From: Octopus bimaculoides
Taxonomy: Eukaryota
Reading direction: 5' to 3'
DNA: 64,000 nucleotides
Assembly (NCBI RefSeq): GCF_001194135.2
Contig: NC_068981.1
Location: 164,016,453 to 164,080,452 of the forward strand
The position numbers were made by a program, and so were the translations under genes. A model generated the notes under the pieces. The model ran no database searches, was not told the origin of the DNA, and saw only the letters and a program-made list of their open reading frames with translations. Positions 49,755-62,715 of this stretch are shown here, one piece after another. Every line of letters begins with the position of its first letter. Position 1 is the first letter of the stretch.

Positions 49755-50040
49755 CGTAGAAGGCGCATGGGTTAATGACTCGGGTATTCGGCTAACGATC
49801 GTAAGGTCGTTTGTCCTTCAGCAAGACAGTTTATTTCTCGTTGCTCCAATCCACCTCAGCTGGCAAAAATAAGTTGTACCTGTAGTTTAAAGAGCTAACC
49901 TTGTTGCATTCTGTGTCACGCTGAGTCTCCTTGAGAATTAAATTAACTGTACGCGTGTTTGTGGAGTGCTCAGCCACGAGCAGGCTGTTCTGTTGATCGG
50001 ATGAACTGGGACACTCGTCGTTATCACTGACGCAGAGCCA
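49755..50040 (+). mobile_element. SINE family C, internally deleted
   Basis: GAAGGCGCATGG..., GTCCTTCAGCAAGACAGTTTATTTC.CGTTGCTCC..., GTGGAGTGCTCAGCCAC...GTTGATCGGAT. Confidence 0.8.
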
Positions 50041-50081
50041 GGTCAGACTTCATTTGTCTCTGCTACAGTAGATTTAAAGTA

Positions 50082-50300
50082 CAGTAATCGCTCGCCATAT
50101 CGCGGTTCACCTATTGCAGTTTATTATTTAAACTTACGTCGATTCCTCCGTGGTGTTGTTTTACATTTATAATAAAATAGATATATACAAATTGTAAAAA
50201 TAATTTTAAAAAAATCTACACTACTATTTCTACTTCACGGATTTTCGCCTATCGCGGGGGTCTTGGGCACGTAACACCCACGATAATCGAGGCTTTACTG
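50082..50300. mobile_element. pogo/Tigger-like MITE
   Basis: Imperfect TIRs CAGTAATCGCTCGCCATATCGCGG / CCCACGATAATCGAGGCTTTACTG; TA on both sides (50080-50081, 50301-50302). Confidence 0.75.
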
Positions 50301-50611
50301 TACTGTGTTAGCTAATCGATCAAACGCTTCGATCAGTATATCAAATAGTATAACCATTCCAAGGTGTTTTATTCTTTAGGAAGGCATATTGGTCCCTACT
50401 TTTAAAGACGGCTGTTTGCTGACCAGTGTACTAGTTGTTAGCTTGAGTAGTTAAGAAGCAAAATTCTAAACTACAGAGCCATATCTGGAAAGGAAGTCGA
50501 TAAAGTGCTGAGGATATATTAAAAAGAATTTTTACCATCTACGCAGAAACGTTAAGGCTACACCAAATTTGGGAGAAAAATTTCAGAGACATTAGGAAGT
50601 TATTTAAAAAA

Positions 50612-51035
50612 TGCTAAGTTGGCAGTGTGGTAAAGAAGTATGCTTCCCAACTATATGTTTCGGGTTCAGTCCCACGCAGAGGGACCTTTCTACTATAGCC
50701 TCGGGTCGATCAAACGATTGTTAGTGGGTATGGTAGACAAAAATTAAAAGAAGCCTATTGTGCGTGTACTTAAATACACACATATATATATATTTGTATA
50801 TGTGTGTGTGTGTGTGTATGTGTGTGTGTGTCTTTGTGAGGGTGTCTGTGACCCCTACCTTAGAACCGGTGTTGGTTTGTTTACGTCTCCGTATCATAGC
50901 GCTTCGGCAAAGGAGGTCGATAAATTAAGTACCAGACATTAAGAAAAAAAGAAATTACTGGTGCCGATTTGTCCGACTAAAACTTCTTCAAAATGGTGCC
51001 CCAGCATGGCCGCAGTTCTATGACAGAAAATGAAA
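50612..51035 (+). mobile_element. SINE family A, older degenerate copy
   Basis: Head, body, internal (TG)n and tail all recognisable. Confidence 0.8.
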
Positions 51036-51138
51036 ATGAAATTGACTTATGTCAATTGTAACTTTTTTTTGCCTTGTTTTTGTTTCTATTTCTTTCTAAT
51101 AAGATTAATGTTCATGCACGAATCACAATCCGCACAGC

Positions 51139-51204
<66 letters not shown>

Positions 51205-51360
51205 GTGTCTCTGTCTGTCTTGTCTGTATTCACACACTCACACACATTCACACACACATACATATACACACACACGTTCACACACAGACAGACATATTTA
51301 TATATATATGCATACATGCATACGCAAAAATATATGTGTATATACATATGCATAAATATG

Positions 51361-51401
<41 letters not shown>

Positions 51402-51686
51402 TATGTATGTATATATGTGTATGTATAGATATATATATATATGCACACATATATATATGCAGATTCATACATACATGTAAATATNNNNNNNNNNNNNNNN
51501 NNNNNNNNNNNNNNNNNNNNNNNNNNNNNNNNNNNNNNNNNNNNNNNNNNNNNNNNNNNNNNNNNNNNNNNNNNNNNNNNNNNNNNNNNNNNNNNNNNNN
51601 NNNNNNNNNNNNNNNNNNNNNNNNNNNNNNNNNNNNNNNNNNNNNNNNNNNNNNNNNNNNNNNNNNNNNNNNNNNNNNNNNNNNNN

Positions 51687-51730
<44 letters not shown>

Positions 51731-52679
51731 TACACACATACACACACATACATACACACACACATATATTCAAATATGCTTACACATACACTTATATACA
51801 TGCGTGTGTATCTATGCATGCAGAAATGTATAGAAACATGCCGCAGATAAAGTTGACATGATATGTGTATTCGGTATGTAAAATGAATACGTTTTAAACG
51901 TATATGAGACACTTTAAAAGGCACAGCTGTTATTCAGAGGCGGCAATGTGAATATATTCATTCATGCTTCAAAAGAACTTTTTGGTATTGAAAATAGTCA
52001 CAGACATTTAGGAATATTTTCTTGACATGAACAGATCACCTTGTAGTTCCCCGCATATTACTTCCGTCCGTTCTCAAATATTTTGTCATATTTTCCATAC
52101 TTGGTCTTTGTTTTCACGGTGATTCTTCATAGCACTATTTCATTTTATTCTCCTACTAATTTCAGTCATTGGATTGCAACCATGCTTGGTGTCGTACTTT
52201 AACTGATTTAGTTTTTTTTTTTCTTTTTAGTCGATCACTAGCTGAGGTACTCGGTAATACCCGGGAGCGGGGATATTCCCAGTACACATTACAATGCTCA
52301 GTTTCTCTCAGACGAAAACTGAAATCAAGGCATAAGACTGATGATAGAAGGCGTAAGCAAATTAATTCACGAAACAATAATACAAATAAATACGTGTGGA
52401 ATCGGAAAATTACAATCGTTTGGTCAGATAAATGGAAAGCTGCAAATATATAATCAATGGAAACATCAAGAAGGGAATTATAAAGGAGTGCTATGAAAAA
52501 AAAAAAAGAACATAAATGCTTGAAAAGTAAACAAAAAATTATTTAGAGAAAAGATTTTATACTTCGAGTTGTAAGATGCTATGAGGAGGGGGAAAAAAAG
52601 GATGCAAAAATAACGATTTTCGGCATTTTGGGGCAAATTCTCTTGCAACCCGAGAGAAAATTCTAAGCGCACATGCACT

Positions 52680-53345
52680 TAATTTAACGACTGTGTTTCA
52701 TGGGTATAGTTCCACTGATCGTGAGAATCAAATATCGATTGCAACGGTGAAAACCGACAATTTTAAGTGCAGGTTAAGAAAATACATGTTACATGTTTTA
52801 GCACACAACGTTGCAACGTTTAGAATCGATAATTTTACGTGCAAGTGTTAAGAAAATACATGTTACAGCAACCTGAGAGTGGTGAAATAATTGAGGAACA
52901 TTTTAACTTCACAACAATTTAGGCCAAATTTTGTTAATTAGTTAATCAAAAATCATCTTACGCTTTGTTTGAGTTACCTAGATAAAAATTCATTTGTCTC
53001 AGCACATCCTTAGCATATATTCCATCTGTGTATAAAATTTCAAGAAAATTCGTTGAAAACTTTAAAAGTTATGGCAGAAAATAACATTCATATGAGAATT
53101 TGCATTGAAACTTGACACATGTGTGTGTGGGGGGGAGGGGCTTATGCCCATGCGGTCACGTATGCACTTCGAATTTTAAAAAAATCATTCTTAATCAGCA
53201 TCGATTTTTTAAAGATCAGTAGGACATTTCAACACACCAACTCAACCACATATTTATAAATTCCGAGAACTCTCTTAACTGAAAATGTCTTGTTTTGTTA
53301 GCGACCGGTTTAAAGTATCTCACGAACTTAAACTGAGAGAAAAAT
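52680..53345. mobile_element. Probable decayed non-autonomous DNA transposon sequence, with ~55-bp direct repeats at 52739-52793 and 52811-52867
   Basis: TTGCAACG...AATTTTA.GTGCA.GTTAAGAAAATACATGTTACA is duplicated; AAATTTCAAGAAAATTCG-type subterminal-looking sequence; no TIR or TSD resolved. Confidence 0.35.
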
Positions 53346-53806
53346 CACACATGATAGCTGCTTCTTCGTTCTTAAATATAAGATAACGATGTCGGTACGT
53401 CAAGCAATACCCATGCATGATGCTTTTCAAAGTGAACAACGATGACAAACATCCAAACAAGAAGGTCTAGTCAATATCATTGGCTGCCATCGAGTCACAG
53501 GTTTTACATCAAACTTTTCCTCCTCTTAAAACAATGTTGTAACAAGGACTAGGGGTTATTCACTTCCAGTAATGTGGTACACCATGCCTACGTATTCTCA
53601 TGGTTCTCTGCAGACTGCAACTGATGTGCCTGTCCATGAGAAGTAGCTTGGTCCTACTATTTCTCGCGAACAGCAGTGTTTCCTGCTGCAATCATCTGAT
53701 AACTTTGGTGCAGAAAACACACTGGTTGCACAGAGGATTGACTTACACTCATTCATTCATTCACTCATTTATTCATACATGCATGCATGCATTCATACAT
53801 ACATAA

Positions 53807-53841
<35 letters not shown>

Positions 53842-53896
53842 CATACATACATACATACATACATACATACATACATACATACATACACACATACAT

Positions 53897-54765
53897 TATT
53901 AACGAAATATCTGATGCACAAAAGGGACAGAGGCGCAGGGAAAGCAGCAAAATGTGATAACCGATGCAGACTTTGTGGAGTTAACTCCGAAACAATCACC
54001 CACATCAAAAGCAGTTGTCCGAAAATGCCATCATGGCATTAGCTACCGGTAAGACATGATGTAGCTAGTACAGTGTATAATAAGATCTGTCTGAAGGATA
54101 ACCCCGAGGCTAAAGAAATAAGAACCTACAGTATGGTAGAAGACATAGCCACTCATAATAAAAAGGAGTACTGGTGGAATGTCCCAGTGAAACCTCAATT
54201 AAATGTAAACACAATAGACCCGACATAGTAATTTGGGATGAAGAAGAGAAATTGTGTACAGTTGTAGAAATCAGCCGTCCAGCGGATATTTAGTATAAAG
54301 CTAAAGATCAGAGAAAAAGAAAATACTTACGCTGAATTGAGGAATCTACAGCTACTCTACCCAGATTACAAGTTTAGGTTTATACCTGTAATTATTGGGG
54401 CACTGTAATATGTGACACACTGCCTAAATAACAATCTTGAGAAATTAGGCCTCTCAAAACCAAAAGGGAGAAAGCTGATTCGAAGACTACAGATCCGAGC
54501 CATCACTGCGACTATACGAATCTGTAAAACTTCCCAGAATTTTATCATTTAACTATATATGAGTATGCCTAAACATGCAAATATATGCATGAAAATACAT
54601 ATATACAACAAAGCATACAAATCTGCACGTATACATACATACATAGATACATACATACATACATACCCTGTTGATTATAATTGAAATTCCAATGAAGGAC
54701 CCTTGGATCTAAGTTAGAAATCGGCTCCTTCCCTATTGGAAGGAAATCTCGAAATAAAACTGAAT
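53897..54765 (+). mobile_element. 5'-truncated R4/Dong-like non-LTR retrotransposon (CCHC + restriction-like endonuclease + 3' UTR)
   Basis: LTKYLMHKRDR..CRLCGVNSETITHIKSSCP..RHDVA...WWNVPV..HNRPDIVIWDEEEKLCTVVEIS.P.D...REKENTY...FIPVIIGAL..; few stops and frameshifts; stop near 54550. Confidence 0.85.
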
Positions 54766-55178
54766 GACATAAATACATACATACATGAATACATGCATAC
54801 ATACGACACGTATGTGTACATGAAGTAATATATTAAAAGACATTTTAGTCTCCGCGAAAGCAATTTTATACAGCGCAGTAAAGTATCCATGAAATTCCTG
54901 TTCATGAATTGTATATATTCATAACAAAGCTGTGGTTTCTAAACATCCTGTCATATCCGACCACCCTCACGAACCACCGCTCTACTGTTTCTTTACATAC
55001 AACCGTTATTTGTCGAAGCATAAATCGTATTTTTGTGTTATTATTATTCTTTTTGCTGTTGTTATTCAGCCCGCCAAATAGTCAACCGTCACCGTTACCG
55101 TTACCCTGGAAACTAAAAGCACTGTAGTTACAATCATTACCTTGACAACAACAAATCCTAATGATATTATGTATACTA

Positions 55179-55335
55179 GGCTCAGGTGTGGCTGTGTGGT
55201 AAGACGTTTGCTTCCCAGCAACATGATCCGGGGTTCAGTCCCACTGCCTGGCACCTTGGGCAGGTGTCTTCTGGTATAACCTCAGGCCGACCAAAGCCTT
55301 CTAAGTGGATTTAGAAGACGGAAACTGAAAGGTCA
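55179..55335 (+). mobile_element. SINE family A 5' half, then (TA)n and gap
   Basis: GGCTCAGGTGTGGCTGTGTGGTAAG...CACCTTGGGCAGGTGTCTT...GGAAACTGAAAG. Confidence 0.85.
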
Positions 55336-55336
55336 T

Positions 55337-55389
<53 letters not shown>

Positions 55390-55725
55390 GAGTATATGCA
55401 TATATATGTACATGCATGTACATACCTTCATCTACATGTATATATAGNNNNNNNNNNNNNNNNNNNNNNNNNNNNNNNNNNNNNNNNNNNNNNNNNNNNN
55501 NNNNNNNNNNNNNNNNNNNNNNNNNNNNNNNNNNNNNNNNNNNNNNNNNNNNNNNNNNNNNNNNNNNNNNNNNNNNNNNNNNNNNNNNNNNNNNNNNNNN
55601 NNNNNNNNNNNNNNNNNNNNNNNNNNNNNNNNNNNNNNNNNNNNNNNNNNNATATATATATATATATGTATGTATGTATGTATGTATATATTATGTGTGT
55701 ATATATATATATATATATATACACA

Positions 55726-55925
55726 CACGAGGGAAAGTCAAAAATCATCCCCACTTTCGCCATAGTATATCTTTATTATTGTCACACTGCCTTTTACACA
55801 TGCGTGCTTATATCTGGTACTATTGTGGTCATGTGATCGAAGTTTGAGCTTGATTGCGCCATTTTTCTTTCTGGCTTGACAGAGTAAGCAAAACCGCTCT
55901 ACTATCAATGTGCCCTAATGATTTG
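55726..55925. mobile_element. Possible mariner-type terminal fragment
   Basis: Begins CACGAGGGAAAGTCAAAAA after a (TA)n run, resembling mariner TIR starts (TACGAGGGnnnGTCAAAAA); second TIR not seen. Confidence 0.4.
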
Positions 55926-55936
55926 TAATATATGTT

Positions 55937-56270
55937 AAGACGGTGAGCTGGCAGAATCTTTAGCACACCGGACAAAGTGCTTAGTGGCATTTCATCCGTT
56001 TTTACGATCTAAGTTCAAATTCTGCTGAGGTCGACTTTGCCTTTCATCCTTTCGGCAGTCCATAAAATAAGTATCAGTTGAGCACTGGGAACGATGTAAT
56101 CAACATACCTATCCCCACCAAATTGCTGGCCTTGTGCCAAAACTTGAAATTAATATAGTTTAAGGTGGTGAGCTGGCAGAATCGTTAGCACTCCGAGCAA
56201 AATGCTTAGCGCCATTTCGTCCGTTTTTTTACAATCTTAGTTCAAATTCCGTTGAGGTCGACTTTGCCAT

Positions 56271-56304
<34 letters not shown>

Positions 56305-56368
56305 TTCCTTCCTTTTTTCTTTCTTTCTATCTTTCTTTCTTTCTTTCTTTCTTTTTTTTTATTTCTTA

Positions 56369-56409
<41 letters not shown>

Positions 56410-56560
56410 TTCCTTCCTTCCTTCCTTCCTTCCTTCCTTTCTTTCTTTAAACACGTACCACCTAAGCATTGGAATGAATGTAATCAACTTACTCCTCCCC
56501 CAAAATTCTGCCACGGTCGATTTTGCCTTTCATCCTTTCGAGAATCGATAAAATGTGTAC
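55937..56560 (+). mobile_element. Two tandem SINE family B copies; the second is split by a ~185-bp (TTTC)/(CCTT) microsatellite
   Basis: Heads at about 55937 and 56162; the body TGAGGTCGACTTTGCC is followed by (TTTC)n at 56270-56448, and family B sequence resumes near 56460. Confidence 0.85.
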
Positions 56561-57579
56561 CCGTTGAAGGATCTTGTTCAAAACGGGGGCACCAGTTTTC
56601 ATTTATGTTTTATGTAGTGTTTTTGGTACCGAAAGACTTTCAAACTTCGTATACTTATCTATTTTGTGTTATAGAACAGAAAANNNNNNNNNNNNNNNNN
56701 NNNNNNNNNNNNNNNNNNNNNNNNNNNNNNNNNNNNNNNNNNNNNNNNNNNNNNNNNNNNNNNNNNNNNNNNNNNNNNNNNNNNNNNNNNNNNNNNNNNN
56801 NNNNNNNNNNNNNNNNNNNNNNNNNNNNNNNNNNNNNNNNNNNNNNNNNNNNNNNNNNNNNNNNNNNNNNNNNNNNNNNNNNNNNNNNNNNNNNNNNNNN
56901 NNNNNNNNNNNNNNNNNNNNNNNNNNNNNNNNNNNNNNNNNNNNNNNNNNNNNNNNNNNNNNNNNNNNNNNNNNNNNNNNNNNNNNNNNNNNNNNNNNNN
57001 NNNNNNNNNNNNNNNNNNNNNNNNNNNNNNNNNNNNNNNNNNNNNNNNNNNNNNNNNNNNNNNNNNNNNNNNNNNNNNNNNNNNNNNNNNNNNNNNNNNN
57101 NNNNNNNNNNNNNNNNNNNNNNNNNNNNNNNNNNNNNNNNNNNNNNNNNNNNNNNNNNNNNNNNNNNNNNNNNNNNNNNNNNNNNNNNNNNNNNNNNNNN
57201 NNNNNNNNNNNNNNNNNNNNNNNNNNNNNNNNNNNNNNNNNNNNNNNNNNNNNNNNNNNNNNNNNNNNNNNNNNNNNNNNNNNNNNNNNNNNNNNNNNNN
57301 NNNNNNNNNNNNNNNNNNNNNNNNNNNNNNNNNNNNNNNNNNNNNNNNNNNNNNNNNNNNNNNNNNNNNNNNNNNNNNNNNNNNNNNNNNNNNNNNNNNN
57401 NNNNNNNNNNNNNNNNNNNNNNNNNNNNNNNNNNNNNNNNNNNNNNNNNNNNNNNNNNNNNNNNNNNNNNNNNNNNNNNNNNNNNNNNNNNNNNNNNNNN
57501 NNNNNNNNNNNNNNNNNNNNNNNNNNNNNNNNNNNNNNNNNNNNNNNNNNNNNNNNNNNNNNNNNNNNNNNNNNNNNNN

Positions 57580-57629
<50 letters not shown>

Positions 57630-58051
57630 TGCGTTTGTGTGTGTGTGTGTGTGTGTGTGACAGAGAAGTCGAGATATAAGAGAGAAAAAGGTAATTACAA
57701 ATAGTTAAAATATAAGGTAACCTAGTAATGCATTATTGCCTTCGCCACCCCTTACTCTTCCTAAACTCCACATACACTAAACAAACACCTACATACAAAC
57801 TGACACATACGCACACATAGGCACACTTACGCACAGGAATAGACAAACGAACGCACTAAGCACCACACCAATAGGAACACTCCACAGCCGCCACAACCAC
57901 CACAATCGCTACCATCGCCACAGAACCATCATCGTCTGCTCCATCGTACCACACAAGCGTCTAAGGGCGAAAATGTCAGTGCCGCTGTTTGTTTATGCTG
58001 TCAGTGATATGTTTGTTAATCGTTTCGAATTTATGTTCAATCTGTGAACAG

Positions 58052-58109
58052 GTCATGGATAGGTCTCGGCTACGTCCGTCTATATTCGTGGAACCTTCAG
58101 GAAGCCAAG
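58052..58109 (+). CDS. Candidate internal or first coding exon, unassigned (VMDRSRLRPSIFVEPSGSQ)
   Basis: TGTTCAATCTGTGAACAG| acceptor and AAG|GTAAAT donor; two open frames; no family recognised. Confidence 0.22.
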
Positions 58110-58285
58110 GTAAATAAAGGAGGGGGAGGGGGAGGGGGAGGAATAGGAGGAGGGAGGTGGGAAGAGAGTGAACAACGTACGTACTTTCACATCACAACGT
58201 GTGTATGCTTTGTGCACTCGCGCCCATTTATGTGTATGTGTGGGTATGTGAGTCTGTGTATAATGTGTGTGTGTGTGTGCGTGTG

Positions 58286-58325
<40 letters not shown>

Positions 58326-58444
58326 CGCGCGCGCGCTTATATGTATGTGTGTATGAATGCGTTATGTGTGCGTGTATGTCAACACTTAGAATACATCTGC
58401 TTCTAAATCATGGATGTGTCTATGTATGTATGTATGTATGTTTG

Positions 58445-58485
<41 letters not shown>

Positions 58486-58553
58486 ATCTAGCTAGCTATC
58501 AATTTGTTTATGTAAATGTGTGCGTGCGCGTATATAACACACACACACACACG

Positions 58554-58600
<47 letters not shown>

Positions 58601-58974
58601 TTCATGCTCTTTTCTCTGATTCTTTCTGTTTCTCTCATTTTTCTTTTTCCGTTTGCCTTTCTTTTTATCAGGAATATTGCCCTGCACTTAGCGCGTTGGA
58701 TTCATGTTCAGTAGGTCGAGTGTTCGATCTCAGGTCACTCTAGCCCACTCAGATGAAAATAAGTACTCACGATAGCGAGTGGGCTATGGGTAGTAGACCT
58801 GCAATGAACGATCGCTTCATTCTCACTTCTATGATTAGAGCTACAAATTTAGCTGCCTTTTTCTTGCTGTCTTTTTAGCAATATGGATTTACTAGGAGGA
58901 GAGGATTCCTAGTCCCCTCGCTCCAGATCGCATCACCAGGTGTTATTTGGCCTTCATTTCTTCCTTTTGTTCAG

Positions 58975-59079
58975 GAGATCCCATAGGAGGGACTGCTGCA
59001 TTGTACTTGGGTCATCTGAGTCGGTACTCTAGAAAAGGTGCAGGCACACCCTCAGCAGGCCCCACTATACTATCACCAG
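58975..59079 (+). CDS. Candidate phase-1/phase-1 exon, unassigned (GDPIGGTAALYLGHLSRYSRKGAGTPSAGPTILSP)
   Basis: Strong acceptor CCTTCATTTCTTCCTTTTGTTCAG|, donor CAG|GTATAC, 105 nt, only one open frame. Confidence 0.25.
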
Positions 59080-60519
59080 GTATACGTTTATCACATTCAT
59101 ATTTATTGATTTGGTTACGTGCTATAATCACTTGCAGTTGATAGACTTTACTGATTGATCTTTTGTGATCAGAAATATTCATAAAGGTGTTATGGTTATA
59201 ACTTTAGTGAGGAGAGGGAATGGAAATTTTGGCATTCAGGTTTCTGTCATTTATTGTGCAATAGACATTACTATAAGATGGAAATATGGAAGCTAATTGA
59301 ATTGCAGGTTCCGCATACGTAGATGTAACAACTATGTAAGACATGGTGTACGCTACAGACACACGTACAAAACCATCGAACGCGCATACACATACACAAA
59401 CACATCTAAGCATGAACAAAGGACTGTCGTACTCACTCAGACACTTGTACGTACGTACACACAGATACTTGTATTAAATTTATCCAGAATTTACTACGTA
59501 TTTATTTCACTACCCGGATGGAGGTGGCGTTCTTATCTAATCTCCTAGCCACAATGATTGAACAAATCATCTCAAGGCATTCCGACTTTGCCCATTCCGC
59601 CTGTTTAAGGTTTTACACGACTATACTATCTGATATGCTTTTAACATATTATCCTATATATTTCCGTTCAGAGATGTCTAGTAAATATATATTTGAACGA
59701 AAATATACGTTCATTGTAATCTGAAGTATCTATCATTTATTTCTAACCCAAAATACTTCGTTCATGATGTTATTCCTGTTGTCTATCATTAACTATCAGT
59801 AACTATAATTTCTATCAGTAACTTCATAATAAATCGTAATTGATCCAAAATAATTCGTGTATTTATTCTTCCTTATATGCAAATTCAAAATAAAGGATAA
59901 CAAAAAAAAATATTTTTTGTATGGAAATTGAAGGAAAAATATGAATGTCAAGAGGTTAAGACCGACTGTACGATGCTATTTGCGATTGCTTTGGTTATTA
60001 TTTTGAGCAGGAGAAACGACAACACAGAGGCTCATTCATTAAGCTGAAGTTTTATTTGATTGTATTATGGTTGTAATGCAATGGTGTCAATGTCACTGCA
60101 ACAAATTTCTGTTGATGAGAATGATGGCTTTCATAATCGTCATCATTATAATGGTTTCAAATTTTGGGCACATGGCCAGTAGTTTCAAGGCAGGATTTAA
60201 ATCGATTACATCGACCCGAGTACTCATCTGGTACTTATTTTATCGACCCCAAAAGGATGAAAGGCACCTCGGTGGAATCATCGTAATAATAACCATTTTA
60301 GATCAAATGCTGTAATGCATTCCATTAAAAATTTAGTTGAAGCAAAATACCTTTCATAATAAGCCAGCCACTCAAATGGACGATGATACTCACGTGAGAC
60401 TGGTGAAATTCCAGTAGTCATAATAATATCTAGAACAGCTACATTGTAGTGGGGCACGCAAACACCGCATCAATTTCACTTATAATGTTGGGTGTGCAAA
60501 GAAAAAAATTCTTTTCTAC

Positions 60520-60927
60520 GTGTTTCAGTCATTGAACTGCGGCGATGTTGGAGCACCGCCTGAAGGGTTTAGCCGAACAAATCGATCCAAGTACTTATTT
60601 TTTTAAGGCCTGCTACTTATTCTCTCGACCTTTGTAGCCTAACTCGTAAGTTATGGGAACATAAAGGAATCAACAAGAAACAAGACAAACACAAACACAA
60701 AGACACTCATAAATACACACACACGCACACACACACACGCACACACACACGCACACACACACATATACGGCTGGTTTCTTTCAGTTTCTATCCACCAGAG
60801 CCACTCGTAAAGCTTTGGATAGGCTGGGGTAATAGTAGAAGGCACTTGCCCAAGGTGCCACCCTGTGTGACTAAACGCGGAACCATACAGATGAGGAGAA
60901 ACATTCTTACCACACAACCATGCCTGA
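60520..60927 (-). mobile_element. SINE family A, degenerate full length
   Basis: TTTCAGTCATTGAACTGCGGCGATGTTGGAGCACCGCC...GGCACTTGCCCAAGGTGCCA...CTTACCACACAACCATGCCTG. Confidence 0.85.
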
Positions 60928-61565
60928 GCATAGAACTATTAAAAACTTAGAGAAAAAACAAATTGCTAGACAAAAAATGACATCTAAAGAATCTCAAAAT
61001 TATAATGTCCAAACAAAGAGTATCTTAAGGAATTTCTTGAATAAGAGCATTCCATTCCACAATGTAAAGCACCGCAGAGAGTGGATGACATCAGCAAAAT
61101 GGAAAATGAAGTGAACAGTTATTATAACTGCGTATCTAGTATTGTTGAAAGGATATTTATAATATTAGTGAATTCAATGATAGCTAATTAATCATTCGGT
61201 GTTATCAGTGTAAACGCTGTTCTGTAAACTAGAAGTACGAGTTTACCTCTGTCCGACATTTTATGCACTAAAAATAGCTCTAAGCTATTAGTCTCTCTCT
61301 CTCTCTGTGGACAGAATACTGGTAACCTATCCTTTGCAAAAGTTTAACAAAACCACAAACTAATCAGATCGTTTTATTTTCTTGTCTACAAAGAGCTGAA
61401 ATTTGTAAAGTAATCATTTTGCTCTTTGCAGATTTATTTATTGAAAAGGTACGATGTACAGTATTTTTTAGCTTGGTATTTTTTTTTTAATAATCACTCT
61501 TTGGCAGAAAAGAAAAGGTTACAACATAAACAACACGGTGTCTTTTTTCCATTTAGATCAGTGTA

Positions 61566-61636
<71 letters not shown>

Positions 61637-62534
61637 ATAACTTATATGTGTGTGTGTGTCTGTTTGAGTATGCGTTTGAACAAATGAATGTATAGGTGTA
61701 TGAAGGAATATTCAAAGTTTATGTGTGAGTGAGTGCGTGTGTATGAATTCATCAGTGAGTCTTTATAACAACACTTTGATTTACGACTGGGAATCTTTAG
61801 CAGACCCGAAAAACCGCTGATATCGGTCCAAGGTGTGCTGAGAAGCTGTCAAATTTTCTATACTAACCACACAGTAAATTTAGAAACATTGATGAAAGAC
61901 CAATAACACACAGAATTTGTAAAAGAAAATTAAGGAAGGTGTGCCGTATATTAAAGATATTGTCTTATATGGTGGAGAAAAGTCTTTGAATAAAAGTCAA
62001 TAAAAATATAAACAATATCAAAATCAATTGATGTACTTGTTTTTCATAGAAATAATTCATTTACGATTTTCAACTAAATGTTATTTTCTCTTTCTTTTTT
62101 TTTTATATTCCTCAGTTAATAAATTCTACGACTTATTCTCTGGATATAATTTATCTGAAGCAAAGTTCGACTGTACCCTATCTGAAGAAAAATCGTGTGT
62201 CCCCTTTATAAGTTGATATAGTAGAGTCAGTTGTACCTTACATTCGCGAAGAAACTGTAAAACAGTTCAGGTGTACCTTATGTATTCAAATTAGCAGTGT
62301 CATTTTCTTCTACCTTACATTATGAAAGTGTAATGTCAGCTGCACTTTATAATATCAGAATAGTTAAGTTTGTTTGACTTTCTTTCTTCCCGTACTTCAC
62401 ATATTGGAATTAACAGATTCAACAGTTCTTTTGTATATTATTGTTTGTTGTAGTTAGTCTCTTTTTACTAAACAGTAAAGAAAAGGAAAAAAGGAAATAT
62501 GTAGTTATCTAATTACATTACCAAGTATACTATT

Positions 62535-62715
62535 GTTGTTGCTGCTTAACTCCAGGTCAGCCCTGATCAAGCGGAGCTATGACCAATAGCATTGCAGCTT
62601 TGACCACTCTATATATCAGGAATGTCATTGTCAAATCTATCCTTTATTTAAGACACTAGAATGTAATTTGAAAGAGACTTAGTTGTTATTTCTAGCATAT
62701 CAAATAACCCGCGTA
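62535..62715 (-). mobile_element. Dispersed repeat family D fragment
   Basis: TTGTTGTTG...CCAGGTCAGCCCTGATCAAGC..CTATGA...; reverse counterpart of 4505-4722. Confidence 0.55.

Larger units (their letters stand above)
16107..57579. other. Assembly gaps (17 separate N-runs between these limits)
   Basis: Most N-runs abut (TA)n, (CA)n, (CAC)n or similar microsatellites. Confidence 0.95.

Noticed and set aside
52231-52352. Candidate 122-nt exon (RSLAEVLGNTRERG...DDRR) with a GTAAGC donor
   Set aside because: The acceptor derives from a SINE A remnant's T-run and the peptide is unrecognisable; not supportable without RNA data.
15974-57704. Long ORFs of 150-429 aa containing X runs
   Set aside because: Open only because N-gaps contain no stop codons.
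60990-61190. Peptide ...NEVNSYYNCVSSIVERIFIILV resembling a Cys-loop receptor M4 lead-in
   Set aside because: Resemblance is vague, with no conserved W, no usable splice acceptor and no other receptor exons found.
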